From the NCBI RefSeq assembly GCF_004010195.1, contig NC_057751.1, forward strand, positions 7,840,137-7,904,136: 64,000 nucleotides of DNA, in the 5' to 3' direction. Shown here piece after piece: positions 12,581 through 24,925 of the stretch. A program made the translations under genes and the position numbers. Position 1 is the stretch's first letter. Every line of letters starts with the position of its first letter. Source of the stretch: Chiloscyllium plagiosum. Taxonomy: Eukaryota. The notes below the pieces were generated by a model. It was not told the origin of the DNA. It saw only the letters and a program-made list of their open reading frames with translations, and ran no database searches.

Positions 12581-15074
12581 ACAAAACTTCTTGCTTTGCA
12601 CGCATTGTGCCTAATTTGGAATTTATCACACAAGAGGTTTGTGAAAGATAAAATGTCACATTTGAGCTTGACCTCTTGGGAATACTAATACTCAGCGTCC
12701 GCCCCGTCTCTCCTCAAGGTGCCGATTTTCATGACAGCACTTCTCATACGGCTCCGAAAATCCCAGACTTACTTGAGCCCAAAGGAAGAAATTGCACTAT
12801 TCTTGAATTTCAGCCAAGGTTGCACGTATGGATGGAGCCAAAGCAGGGGTTACAGGGCATGACACTGGAAGGGGCTCACTTGGGAATTGTTCTGATGTTG
12901 CCAGAGCTCTTTGTTCAGGTAGTTTTTCCAAAGGATGTTTCCCCTACGATGAATTCTGGTCGCTCGAATGCCTGACCTTGCAGGTTGTGAATTTCGAAGT
13001 TGATCAACCAAGATATCCTTCACACACCTTGCTGAAGAGCTGCCTCTAATCCAGAACTCAAATCAGCACTTGCTGCACTGTAACCTGCCTTTGAATTCAG
13101 CCCTGGTTTCAACGAACAGAGCCATTGGAGGAGACTTACACTTTCCTTTTATGATCACGACCTTTAAAAGATCTTCTGTGAGACACTGAATTGTACATAT
13201 AAAATAAATGTGGAGTATTACTTCAATAAATCTGCTAATGTCTGGGCTGGCATCGCAGTGAAATTGATCTGGCTTGTCGTCCTTTTAACCAGCAATCATC
13301 ATGTGCCAGAATACTTGCCTTGAATGCAGAGAAACGAGAATTGTATAATTCATCTGCTCAGCCGTAAAATTATTACTTTAAGGAAGATGAATCCCAATTT
13401 AATTCAGGGACCTGCGACAAAATAACAATGAAGACAATTTAAAATCCAATTACAATTTGTGCCTGTCGAACCACCTTTGTCCCAGGATGCTTTATCTCAA
13501 ATGCATCTTGCTCAAATTTCTTTTCTTCCCAAGAGCTTGCCTCCTTCCTCTCCATCACCCAAACCTGAAGATATGGTGCCACTATAGTTGGCAGCAAGGG
13601 TGGGATTCTCAGCTCCTACTCAGAACGTTGTGCAATCAGGTCTTGAGCAGATCATCCCAGCTAACTCCCTCATGCCCGGCTGAGGGACTGTTGCACCGTT
13701 GGAGGTGCTGTCTCTCCAGTGAGAGGACAAGCTGACCGTTCAGACTGGGGCGAGGAAACATTTCTTCACACAGAGTGTGGCCAACCTGTGCCAAATCTCT
13801 ACCCCTGAAGGCTGTGGAGAAGAAGCGGGAACATGGCATTGAGATCTTGGATCAGCCGAGATCATACTAAGTAGCGGTGCAGACTGGAAAGGCCAGAAAT
13901 GCTATTCCTGCTCCTATTGCATCGGTTTGTGCATCTCAGGCCAGGCAGCCACGTTGAAACAGCTAGTATTGCATGATGATTACTGGCCCCAAAAGGGCCT
14001 TTCAGGAAATCGATGTAATGATCTTAATCCGAGTCCACATTGTTGGGCAATGAAGAGCTCATGTATAATTCAGCTGTGCTTTTTTTGTCACATCCATAGT
14101 AAAGCTGGATACACAGACTCAGACACTTCTCAGAGGAGTAGATCAATAATTCGATGCTCAGTGGAAATGCTTTCAGAAATGATTTGCCAAAATCATTTTT
14201 ATACCACATGAAACAGTGCATTGTGAGCTTCTCCAGTAGCCGCTTGCTTAATTGTGCAGCTGTAAGTTAAACAAGAGAGAAGCAGGCAAGACCACAACCG
14301 GGGTCCACAACTCCAAGTTCGGAAAAATAAAGAATCCAATAACAACAGCGGTAACTTGTTTTTATAGAGTACCTTTCATTACTGTAAGAAGTCCCAAGGT
14401 GCTCTTGCAGAAGCTATCAAAACAGATTTTACTGAGCTGTATAAGAAGACGATCAGGGCAGATGCTGAAGGTTTTGCGAAGGAGGGACATTTTAACAAGA
14501 ATCTTAAAGGAACGAAGAGTGGAGATGAGCCGGACTGAGGTTGAGAGAGCATTCGAGGCTCAACGTCCAAACTGGTGAAGGCATGGGTGCCAAAGGAAGA
14601 CAATGAGAAAGCAGGGGAAGCAACAGAGGCTGGAATTGAAGGAGCACCAGATACCTCGAGTGCTTCCCCACCCCTGAGGAATGCGAGCTGCGTGCCAGCA
14701 TTTGCAAATGTGATTGAGAATTTTAGAAACTGAGGTGCTGCTCACACCAAGTTTTATTTGGGTTATCTGTGCTTCTGTTCAGTGTACTTTTGGGGAGTTG
14801 CTGGAAACTTCAGTATTTTGACCTCATTCCCCCTTGAGAAGTCAGCAGTGAAGTGAGCAGCCATGGATTGATAGGCTATAGCACGGCGCATCTTAAAATG
14901 AAACACATTGCTTTGGGTCTGTAGGCATGAGGTTCCAGATGATAAATTTCCTTCCTAAAAGCAGAGTGGTGAACAGATGCTGTAATAATTTAATTTGAAT
15001 TTGATTTATTGTTATCACATGTACCTAAGTACAGTGAAAAGTTTTGTTTCGTGTGTGGGACAGGCAGATAAAAC

Positions 15075-15360
15075 ATCGAAAAGTGCAACACAGGAACAGG
15101 CCTTTCAGCCCATGTTGCTTTGCTGAACATGACTCCAAATTAAACTAAACCCTTCTGCCTGCCCTTGGTCCATATCCCTTCAATCCTTGCATATTCACAC
15201 ACTTATCGGAACATCCCTTAAATGTCCCTCACGTCTCTGCCTCCACCACCAACCCGGGAAACGCTTTCCAGACTCCTATGACTCTGTTCCAAAAACAATT
15301 GGCCCCCACATCTCCTTTGATCTTTCCCCTCTCACTTTAAATGCATGCCCCCTTGTATTA
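15075..15360 (-). mobile_element. CR1 LINE 3' end
   Basis: caggaacaggcctttcagccc...cttggtccatatccc...cctctcactttaaatgcatgcccc matches other CR1 3' ends. Confidence 0.7.
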
Positions 15361-15574
15361 GATCATACCATACAAAGGTCACAGGGTGATTAAACAGTGT
15401 GAGGAACTCAAAGTTACAGGTGCAATGAAGGTGCATAAAAAGCAAGATCAACATTAAAGTTGAAGTTTGAGAATCCTAATAACAGCGGGGAAGAAGCTGT
15501 TCTTGAACCTGCTGGTATGTGTGTTGAAGCTTTTCAACCTTCTGCCTGACGGAAAAGGTTGAAAATACCCAGTT

Positions 15575-15798
15575 TCGAAAAGGCGTGGAGCTGGAAAAAG
15601 CACAGCGGGTCAAGCAGCATCAGAGGAGCAGGAGAGTTGACCTTTCAGGTTGGGACCCACCATGAGGACTCGGGTCCAAATGAAGGGTCCCGAACTTTAA
15701 ATGTTGACTCTCATGACGTGGCTCAACCTGCTGTATTTTCTCTAGCCTCCACACTTGATCGACTCTGACTTGCCAGTATCCGCAGTCTCACTATCTCC
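15575..15798. mobile_element. Penelope-derived fold-back element, family A, decayed
   Basis: ctggaaaaagcacagc...gaggagcaggagag arm, inverted partner and tail gactctgacttgccagtatccgcagtctcactatctcc. Confidence 0.6.
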
Positions 15799-16014
15799 AT
15801 TTGGTACACAGGCGCTCACATCTTATGACGAGGTGAGGACAATGCTCTTACCGTCACAGTTTTACACAGAGGAGAGACAAAAACTGGCAAAAACATACTA
15901 AACAAAGCTAGATGTCGTGTTAGGTTTTTGTTTTGGGCTTCTGGACTCAGTGTGGTGGTGATAAAACAGGAAGATCTCTGACTCCTTAAGTGATGTTGAT
16001 AAGAATGAACCGAA

Positions 16015-16224
16015 CTGAAAATGTGTTGATGGAAAAGCGCAGCAGGTCAGGCAGCATCCAATGAGCAGGAGAATCGACGTTTCGGGCATGAGCCCTTCTT
16101 CAGGAATGGGCTTATGGCCGAAACGTCGATTCTCCTGATCCTTGGATGCTGCCTGACCTGCTGCGCTTTTCCAGCAACACATTTTCAGCTCTGATCTCCA
16201 GCATCTGCAGACCTCACTTTCTCC
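16015..16224. mobile_element. Penelope-derived fold-back element, family A, with 14-bp TSD
   Basis: Inverted arms about 75 bp; tail ctctgatctccagcatctgcagacctcactttctcc; perfect TSD aagaatgaaccgaa at 16001-16014 and 16225-16238. Confidence 0.88.
16071..16108 (-). ncRNA. Minimal type I hammerhead ribozyme motif
   Basis: Minus strand cauuc CUGAAGA a gggc-ucau-gccc GAAAC GUC gauuc; identical to 58122-58159. Confidence 0.75.
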
Positions 16225-16704
16225 AAGAATGAACCGAAGACAACCTGGTGAAGTGTGATTTGCGGGAGGCAAAGGAGATTTCCAGATAACAGTGAGAGGA
16301 ACACAAGAGTTCAACAGAGAAATCTGGATGTGCAGCTGGAACCCGTGGTGGCATTGGCAAAAATAGTAATATGGGAAAGACATTGAAGGTTCCTTGAAAT
16401 GCTAAGTTATCCACGGATTATTTATTCCCCAAATAAATTCTGTATAAAAAATATCCGGCACTTGTGACAGAGTGATACTGTCCGGACCTCTAAACTACAA
16501 GGCCATAACATCTCTAAACCGGTTGACTGAAAACATCTGAGAATGCTCAGGAATCGGGGAGGAAGAAAGGACAAGATAAGAAATTCCCTTTTTGATATGT
16601 CTCAACAATGTTCCATCAATTCTTCAAGTGCTGATCCATCGCTGTTCCCTCCAGAGAGGCAACAAATTGTCTCTCAGATCCCGATACTGATCTTACTTCA
16701 AAGG

Positions 16705-16928
16705 TTTGGAGATGCCGGTGTTGGACTGGGATGTACAAAGTTAAAAATCACACAACACCAGGTTATAGTCCAGCAGGTTTAATTGGAAGCACACTAGCTT
16801 TCGGAGCGACGCTCCTACATCAGGTGATTGTTCACTTGACACTTGAACAATCACCTGAGGAGCGTCGCTCCGAAAGCTAGTGTGCTTCCAATTAAACCTG
16901 TTGGACTATAACCTGGTGTTGTGTGATC
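16705..16928. mobile_element. Penelope-type fold-back element, family B, with 13-bp TSD
   Basis: Near-perfect hairpin of about 90-bp arms (16747-16927), about 42-nt tail on the left; TSD cttacttcaaagg at 16692-16704 and 16929-16941; damaged hammerhead cores (ggagcgtcgctccgaaagcta) on both strands. Confidence 0.85.
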
Positions 16929-17486
16929 CTTACTTCAAAGGGGCAGCTATAAGACTCAACTCTAGTTCGGCTCTTGAAGCTGAATTCTTGGGAGATCACT
17001 CAGATTATGATAGGATGAGTACAAGTTCCACAATCCCCAAGATCTTTGCCTTCTCCATCTTAAAAGAAAAAAACATGGCTATTATGTTCGGAGGATGCCT
17101 CATGGGAGACTATCCTCGTTGTTCCTAGCTTCTCCGGCCATTTCCCGATGCAGAAATAGATTATTTCATTTTGGTCACAGTGGTAAGATCTGAGCTCAGT
17201 GAGGCACGCACACCTCTTCCTCCCTATGTACAGAGGGCCAGAATTTCCGAGGAGCTGCATCTCACACAAATCGCCAATCCAGCCTTTCTTCGTTACTTAC
17301 GGAAGGAGTGCTGCATTTCTGAGGGGAGATTTCAGTCAGCATTCCTTTGGAAACATGGAGCTGTGTCCATTCAGCCAATTCCAAAGCAGTGCAGACCTGT
17401 CAGAGGAAGGTCAAACCATGTACACCCACCACGTCTCTCGCACAGCAGCGAGTCACTGTATTGTGAAATGTTAATGGCACTGAGGT

Positions 17487-18060
17487 CATAGAGTCATGCA
17501 GCACGGAAACAGACACTTCAGTCCAACCAGTCAACGCCAACCATAATCCCAAACTAAACTAGTCCCACCTGCCTGTGCTTGGCCCACATCCCTCCAAACA
17601 TTCCTTATTCATGTACTTATCCAAATGTCTTTCCAATGTTGTAACTTTAGCTGCATCCACCACTTTCTCTGCGAGTTCATTCCACACACAAAACGCACTG
17701 TGTAAAACAAATTGCCACCATGTCCTTTTTAAATCTTTCTCCTCTCACATTAAAAAATATGCCCCCCAGTCTTGAATCCCCCACCCTTGGGAAAAGATAC
17801 CTGCCATTCACCTTATCTATACACCTCATGGTTTTATAAACCTCTATAAGGTCACCCCTCATCCTCCTATGCTCCACCTAAAAGCGTCCCAGCCTACCTA
17901 GCCTCTCCTTATTTCAAGGCCTCCATTCCTAGCAACATCCTGGTAAATCTTTTCTGAACCCTCTGCAACTTAACAGTATCCTTTCCAGAACAGGGGCGAC
18001 CAGAATGGGACACAGTACTCCAGAAAGGGCCTCACTAACATCCTGTACAACCTCAACACA
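17487..18060 (-). mobile_element. CR1 LINE 3' end
   Basis: RRMRGDLIEVYKTMRCIDKV in ORF 17677-17877 and CR1 3' tail. Confidence 0.85.
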
Positions 18061-19879
18061 ACCTGCTGCCCAATGCCAAGTACCTAAGTGTGATGTGCTG
18101 AGGGAGGGAGGGAATATGGTGGCCAGACAGTTAAGGTGGTTGAGTTGGACGCGAATGGTAGGATACCGAATGAGTAGAGAGGTCCTCTCTTTTGCCACCC
18201 TTACATACTTTTGGGGTGTCTCACTTCTGCACACATGGAGACAGATGCTCTGAGTGATAGATGCTCAGTGAGGTCACAAATTAGGAGTCAGCTTGGCTCC
18301 TGTGCTGATGAACCTAACTTCAGCCAAGTCAGCTTTTTCCCATCTTTCCGCTGCTGCACTGTTAAACAACCATTTTTGCCACATCCCCAGTCCATGTGTT
18401 TATTTTTCACCCACATGTTTCCCCACAATAGCATCCCTAGGTGGGAGGAACAATGAGTCATTTATCTTCACCTCCTGTTGGGGCGAGCAACCCAAGTTTA
18501 ACGCGGCAAATGTTTTGACTGAAACCGTTTAACTGAAAACAAATTAAACAAACGAAATAAAAGAACACGCTTGTCTATTTAGCTCAGCATCACACCACGG
18601 CAAGTTAGCTCAGCTCAGTCAGAGCCACCACCTTCCCACCCTCCCCCCAAGCTGTTTTTGACTGCTAACAATGCAAGCTATGCCATACGCCACCTGCTAC
18701 AGCAATCCTGACTCTTCAACATACTATAAAGTGTCAAGTGAACAAGCTATGAAACTAAGTTCCATACCCTTGTCATCACAGGCTGTCACACTGCTATATT
18801 TCTTGTCTCCTCGATAGATCTTCACTTCGTGTGTAAAGTCAAAGTTGAGCATCGTCCCATCTCAGGGTGCAAATGGCCACCAAAAAGTTCCAAATCAGCA
18901 CCTCACTCAACAACTATCTGGGCTTTCAAGGCAGCAATTAGAGGGAAAGGGGTCCATTGGGTTCCGTTTCGTTGCAACACGCACTTATTGCAGCCTTTGT
19001 TTTAACCTGGTTTGGTGTTTTTCTTCCCACTTCTTCTCAGGACTATTACTCTTTTGGGTACGTGGTTCCAGTGCACCGGCCTCACTTCGCCATAAGCACG
19101 ACACCCAGAATTGTACACAATGCTGCAGCTAAGGTCTAACTCATGTCTTGCACAAGTTTAGCATCTGCTCCTTGCTCTTGTACTCTCTGCCCCCATAACT
19201 GACACCTAAGATACCATGGAAGGAGTAAGAACTTGACATGCTACTGCATGATGGGATACTTGACCAAGGGAAAAGGTGACCTGGATCTCAGGCTCGCAGC
19301 TGTAGTGGAAAGATACTGCTGGAGATAAAGACTGATTATAGTTTGATGAAATGTAGAGAGTGCATCCTCTCTGTCCTTGAGCAACATCGGGAACAAAGGG
19401 AGTAGCTGCACGGTGTTTTTCTCCATCTTGATTTATTGCTTCCAACATTACTGGAGTAATCTAAGTAAAACAATCAAAGTTGTTTGCATCGTTGTATAAA
19501 TATAGGCTGACTGTTCGGCTCCAGAGTGTGCTGTGGGACAATGGAGACTGTGGCAGCCTCTCCGTGAATTCACGAGAAAATAAAACTTATTGAAACAAGA
19601 CTCGAAGTTTCAGACTAAGTAATTTGCTCGACAGAATCTGTAAGCTTCGCAACTGCTCTCTCCACCTGTCTTGAAAACCCTCACTACCATTCCTCACACA
19701 CATCAAGATCTTCATCCCAAGACCTTAGAAAGTCACTGTAACTTCACATATGTCCCAATAAACTGAAAATTACTTCCGTTCCACTCAATATTGAAAGTGC
19801 AATAGTTCCTCCTCAATATTTTCATATCGTTGCTAATGAACCTTTAACTATTTGGAGCAATTGTTGCACGTTGTTACAT

Positions 19880-20210
19880 CATCCACACTATTCCAAAGAT
19901 GTCATTGATAGACCAAAGAAAGAGTTGTGGATGGGGGCCCCAAGGAGGGACAGGAACAAACAATGTTCCATGTACCCCACAAAGACATGGGCGTGACAGG
20001 GACACGTGCGGGTACCCATGGTCACACCCAATGAACTGAACAAAGTAAGAGGAGTTAAAAGCGAACTTGTTCAAACTGAGGATGAGGTTGTGGAGAATAG
20101 GGATGGTTCAGGTCTTTTTCCCAGAAAGAAGTGGACAGCCCTGAGACCATCCTGATGGGGGATGGACGTGGAAAGAGATTGCACGTCCATTGTAAGAAGG
20201 AGGTGGCTGC
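19880..20210 (-). mobile_element. Penelope-like element reverse-transcriptase fragment
   Basis: Minus-strand translation LLLTMDVQSLSTSIPHQDGLRAVHFFL (PLE RT motif DV.SLYT.IP), then NKFAFNSSYFVQ and a decayed PQLFLWSIND (FLRYIDD equivalent). Confidence 0.8.
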
Positions 20211-21636
20211 AGCGTGCAAACTGGAAATTCTGAAACTGACAAACTAGTTTGCATTCTGCTCATCTCTACCAGTCAGCAGAGGACATTGTTGGGAAGGTCA
20301 TTCCCAACAATGGATGGTATAACCAAACTCTGTGTGACAGAATGCTGCCAAGAAAAATACTCCTTAAAAAAGGCAATTAAAATAATAAAAAGCACGCTCT
20401 CCTTTGCCATCACACAACTGGTTTGAAGTCTGATGGACTCAGAATACAATCGGAATGAGTTCTCTCTTTTACTTTATGGCTGCAAGTTATCCTCAATCGG
20501 AAGTGCAGTCAAAACTCACATAAACATCACTTCCAAGTGTTCCACTGTGATTTGCATTAGCAAGAAAAAAGCCAATGGCAAATATTTACACAGCAGCTCA
20601 TTTTAATAATTAATTCAGCAACGAAAACACACAGAAAAAAACACTATTTAACAGGAAGCTATTTTACACCGAAGTAATTAGAATTCTTGAACACACCACA
20701 CAATTGGCAGCAATCTCACCTCAGTCACAGAGGGCCACAACCACGACGATACTTGAGATGAGGTCAGACAGTCTCTGACCTGCACTGAGGAGACACGTCT
20801 CCCATTCTGACAGCTGCCAATCTCCTGCTCTTAATTCGCACATTACAATTTTGTCAGTGATAATCGCTATGAGGCATCATAATGGACTTCCAATCTCATG
20901 GAGACTGATAACGTGTAAGCAGCGCAAGGCCACCTGTACCACTTCCCCTGATCCACTGTTTGATGGCATGGATGCAGTTGAGCATCAGGGTGGTGGTGGC
21001 TGACATGGTCCACCCAACAGAGTGGCGTGATCAATCTCTCTCTAAGGATGTCCTGGGAACCTGCAAGTTCATCATCCATACTGCGAGCGAAGGCCATGGG
21101 TCTCTCTCTAACTCGTGTCCCCCAACAGGTATCCAATTGTTCTGGAGGGGAGTGGCTGATCAATACTACGAATGCCCCCACCAGAAAATCAGAAAGGGGC
21201 CGGGGGGAGGGGGGACGGAAATGCAGTAAAAACAAGACCCTGAATTGAGGCCATCCACCTCAGACTCTCATCTTGCTCCCTTCTTGGCAGATGCTACAGG
21301 AGCGCTGGCACCATTTGATGTTCCAAGCCAGCAGTTCATTCCCCACAAGTGCCAGTTGCAGGCAGAGCTACTGTAGCGTGGGCGCCAGAGAATAAAAATT
21401 TATGATACATCCGCTTCTTGGGAAAAATGAAAAGTTTGACTTGTGACATAAGGAGCGGGTGCAGAGAGGTAATCTGATACCCTGTGAGCATTAACGACAT
21501 GTTGCTTTATTTGCACCACGGTAGACAGAGGCAATCCTGAGAGGACCACAAATTGAGGGACAGACAACAAAACACATTCCACCAACCACCACCCTGCCCC
21601 CCCCCCAGGGTTAAGGAGAGAGGGAAAGGGTGAGGT

Positions 21637-21904
21637 CACGTAGAGATTTGAAGAGGAGGATGGATCAGAGAGTCACAGAATGATGCCACTTGGCCTGCCA
21701 TTGCCATGCTAACCCTCTGCAAGAGCAACACAGTTGGTCCAACCTCCCCCATCATCATCCTGCAACCCTGCACGTAGAGATTTGAAGAGGAGGATCGATC
21801 AGAGAGTCACAGAATGATGCCACTTGGCCTGCCATTGCCATGCTAACCCTCCGCAAGAGCAACACAGTTGGTCCAACCTCCCCCATCATCATCCTGCAAC
21901 CCTG
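21637..21904. repeat. Tandem duplication, 2 x 134 bp
   Basis: Units 21637-21770 and 21771-21904 differ at only two positions (tggatc/tcgatc, ctctgc/ctccgc). Confidence 0.95.
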
Positions 21905-22531
21905 CCAATCTGTCCTCTCGAGAATACAGTCCTTTCAAAAGCTGTGTCTTAATCTACCTCCACCAAACTTCCGTGTAAGGCAACTTTGAAAGCAAAATGC
22001 ATCCTGGCTGGGAGCAGTCTAGGTCAGCGATGACAGAGATGTTAATTTTGTAGTCAAGTGTCAGAAATGACTGCATGAAATGCATCTGCTTCTTCTCCCA
22101 AGTGTCATTACAAAAACACAGATAGTTTTCATAAATCAGTGACTAATACTTGGCATGAGAGGACTTAGTTTGTTGGCAGCGTATGTGTTTTTTTTCTCTC
22201 TCCTCTCCTCTTCCTTTGGCCCCAGTCCAGGAGTAAGGTTGGATATCAGCTCTGTTGTGTCGGGTAAAATACCGTAATGCTCCATTTGTGGAACACAGCT
22301 GGGCTAGCCAGTGCTTCCCAGTACCTTTCCATCCTCTCCTGGTTTCCCCTTTGGAGGGTCGGTGCAGATTCAATGGGTCGGATGGCCTCATTCTGCACAG
22401 TCAGGATGCTATGATTCTATACAGATGCTGTTGACTGGAACAGCATTTATTGTCTGCCCTTAAGTGCCCGGACTGAGGGAATGAACACTGGGGAGAGGGA
22501 GGCCATTCAGACAGACATGTAGAAAATCAGA

Positions 22532-22773
22532 GTCAAGGTGAGAGTGGTGCTGGAAAAGCACAGCAGGTCAGGCAGCATCTGAGGAGCAGGAAAATCAATG
22601 TTTTGAGCAGGAGCCCTTCATCAGGAATGACGGTCTCATTCCTGATGAAGGGGCCCAATTCAAAACATTGATTTTCCTGCTCCTCAGATGCTGCATGACC
22701 TGATGTGCTTTTCCAGATCCACTCTAACCTTGACTCTGATCTCCAGCCTCTGCAGTGCTCACGTTCGCCACGC
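22532..22773. mobile_element. Penelope-derived fold-back element, family A, with TSD
   Basis: Two back-to-back cctgatgaaggg cores (GAAA side decayed); tail on the right; TSD agaaaatcaga at 22521-22531 and 22774-22784. Confidence 0.85.
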
Positions 22774-22974
22774 AGAAAATCAGAACAGGAACAGATCATT
22801 TGTCCATACAAGCCTGCCCTGTTATTCAATATGAAGATGGCTGATCCCCCAGCTCATTGTCATGTTACACCTTTCTCCCCAGACCCCTCAAAAAATTTAT
22901 CAGCCAGTCAAGATCAAGACACTTGCCTCCAACTCCCCTTCTCTCTGTGAGCCTCGCACAACCTGAGAATCTAG

Positions 22975-23203
22975 TGCAGGTCGTTCTGTTAGAACGTGCG
23001 TTTTTTTTCCACGCGAATTCACCGTAACGCGACTGATGAATTGGGGACACTGTTTCTGCAGCACGGACTTTTAAAAACGTGTGTTGGCTGTAATGCGATT
23101 ACTGCACCAACACTTCAAGCACTGTTTCTAAAGCGCGATTTTTCTATAACGCAGGGTTTCACAAGAACATTTCCACTGCACCACGTTACAGAAGAACTGA
23201 GTA
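22975..23203. mobile_element. Decayed TcMar/Tigger-like MITE
   Basis: Imperfect terminal inverted repeats caggtcgttctgttagaacg / cgttacagaagaactgagta; CpG-rich interior unlike the flanks. Confidence 0.5.
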
Positions 23204-23718
23204 CATCTACTCTCACTCCACACTTAAAGACAAAACAGTCCCCTTTCTCTTAGCTGTTTTATATCAATTTTCGTCCATGTGGCACTGCCTAACTCCATTG
23301 CACTGCTGAGCGCAAGGGAAGCCTGCTTTCGAGCGATCGACCAGAAGCTCTTACTGCGTGGGACGTGCATTCCCAAGGTCTAAATTCCTGGGGAAGGACC
23401 CCCCCACTGACCTCACCACTGCCTGTTTTTCATGTGATTCAGCCGGCCTCCCCTGTAATTGACAACGAGGACCAATTCAGCAAGTTACCTGGTCGGCAAG
23501 TCACCCACCATCACATGAAAAGACTTGGACAGCGGCTCAGCAGAAATGCCACTGGGACATTCAACCAAGCTAATGTTCTGGGGACAGGGGTTCAAATCCT
23601 ACCAAGATAGGTGGAGGTCACACATCAGTACGGGTGCACCCCCAACAATACTTGACGTGGGACAAAGCAACCCGCTTGATTGGCATCCCCGCACCGCCTT
23701 GCACGACTGTCTGTGAGG

Positions 23719-24039
23719 TTTTTTTTTAGATTACTTACAGTGTGGAAACAGGCCCTTCGGCCCAACAAGTCCACACCGACCCGCCGAAGCGTATACCACC
23801 CAGACCCGTACTCCTACACTTACCGCTTCACTTAACACTACGGGCAATTTAGCATGTTCAATTCACCTAACCTGCACATTTTTGGATTGTGGGAGGAAAC
23901 CGGAGCACCCGGAGGAAACCCACGCAGACACGGGGAGAATGTGCAAACTCCACACAGAGAGTCGCCTGAGGCAGGAATTGAACCCGGGTCTCTGGCGCTG
24001 TGAGGCAGCAGTGCTAACCACTGTGCCACCGTGCCGCCC
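23719..24039 (-). mobile_element. Full-length young HE1/V-SINE
   Basis: tRNA head ggcggcacggtggcacagtggttagc (A box), ggttcaattcc (B box), V-domain, CR1-derived tail and an A-rich end. Confidence 0.92.
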
Positions 24040-24310
24040 ACAAGGTGTTTGCACATTTTCCCTGTGTCTGCATGTGCTTCCTCCAGGTGCTCTAGTTACC
24101 TCCCACAGTCCAAAGATGTGCAGGTTAAATGAAGCGGTCATGCTAAATTGCCCAGTGGCCAGGGATGTACAGACGAGGTGGATTAGCCACAATAAATGCA
24201 GAGTTACAGGGATAAGGTCAGCGGTCGGTCTGATTGGGATGCTCTTTAGAGGGTCGGCATGGACTCGATGGGCCGAATAGCCTGCTTCCACACTGTAGGG
24301 ATTCTATGAT
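24040..24310 (+). mobile_element. Older HE1/V-SINE, interrupted by the young copy
   Basis: Continues from cgactgtctgtgag at ~23704 into gtttgcacattttccctgtgtctgc. Confidence 0.75.
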
Positions 24311-24734
24311 TTACCTTAGACATTCATTCCCTTCTCCAACTGCGTACAGGGCAGCAGTGTGTACCGGTTTCCGATGCCCTGCAACAACACAGCAAAGATT
24401 CCTGAGACGGCACCTTCCAAACCCGTGAATTCAGTCACCAGCAAGGACGAGGGCAGCAGATACAAAGGAACATCACCCCCTGCAAGTTCCCCAAGGAGCC
24501 ACTCACCATCTGACAGGGAAATATATCGCCGTCCCTTCACTGTGGCCAGGTCAAAATCCTGGAATTCTCTCCCTAAGGGCATTGTGCTCTGCTCACAGCA
24601 CATACATTCAAGAAGACAACTCACCACAACCTTCTCAAGGGCACATGGGGACTGGGCAATAAATGCACCCACACCACAGGGACAGCAGCTGTTCCAAAAC
24701 GCGGCTTGCCCCCACCCTCTTAAAAAATAAAAAT

Positions 24735-24925
24735 AAAACGGCAGATGCTGGAATCCAAGGCTGACAGGCAAGAGACCGGAAAACCATAGCAAGCCAGAAA
24801 GCATCAGGAGGTGGAGAAGTCAACACTTTGTGTGTCCTGAAGAAGAGTTATACCCAAAATGCTGACCTCTCCACCTCCTGATGCTGCCTGGCTTGCTGTG
24901 TTCTTCTAGCCTCCTGCTTATCTAA
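24735..24925. mobile_element. Penelope-derived fold-back element, family C
   Basis: Inverted arms agcaagccagaaagcatcaggaggtggaga / tctccacctcctgatgctgcctggcttgct; decayed core cctgaagaagagttatacccaaaatgctga; same terminus as 61220-61510. Confidence 0.65.

Noticed and set aside
16015..16224. Fold-back elements as DNA-transposon MITEs or pre-miRNAs
   Set aside because: Asymmetric tail, variable 9-16 bp TSDs, hammerhead cores and linkage to Penelope RT point to a retroelement origin; no known miRNA recognised.
19214..19460. Exon-like open segment on the minus strand (ITPVMLEAINQDGEKHR...)
   Set aside because: Weak donor, unrecognised peptide, no supporting neighbouring exons.
23033..23039. Isolated CTGATGA
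   Set aside because: No paired helix II followed by GAAA; lies inside a MITE-like element.
23960..24039. tRNA-like sequence with A and B boxes
   Set aside because: It is the head of a SINE and continues into the V-domain; not a tRNA gene.
23838..24804. Cluster of overlapping 120-160 aa ORFs
   Set aside because: All derive from SINE and LINE-tail repeats; the same peptides recur at other SINE copies.
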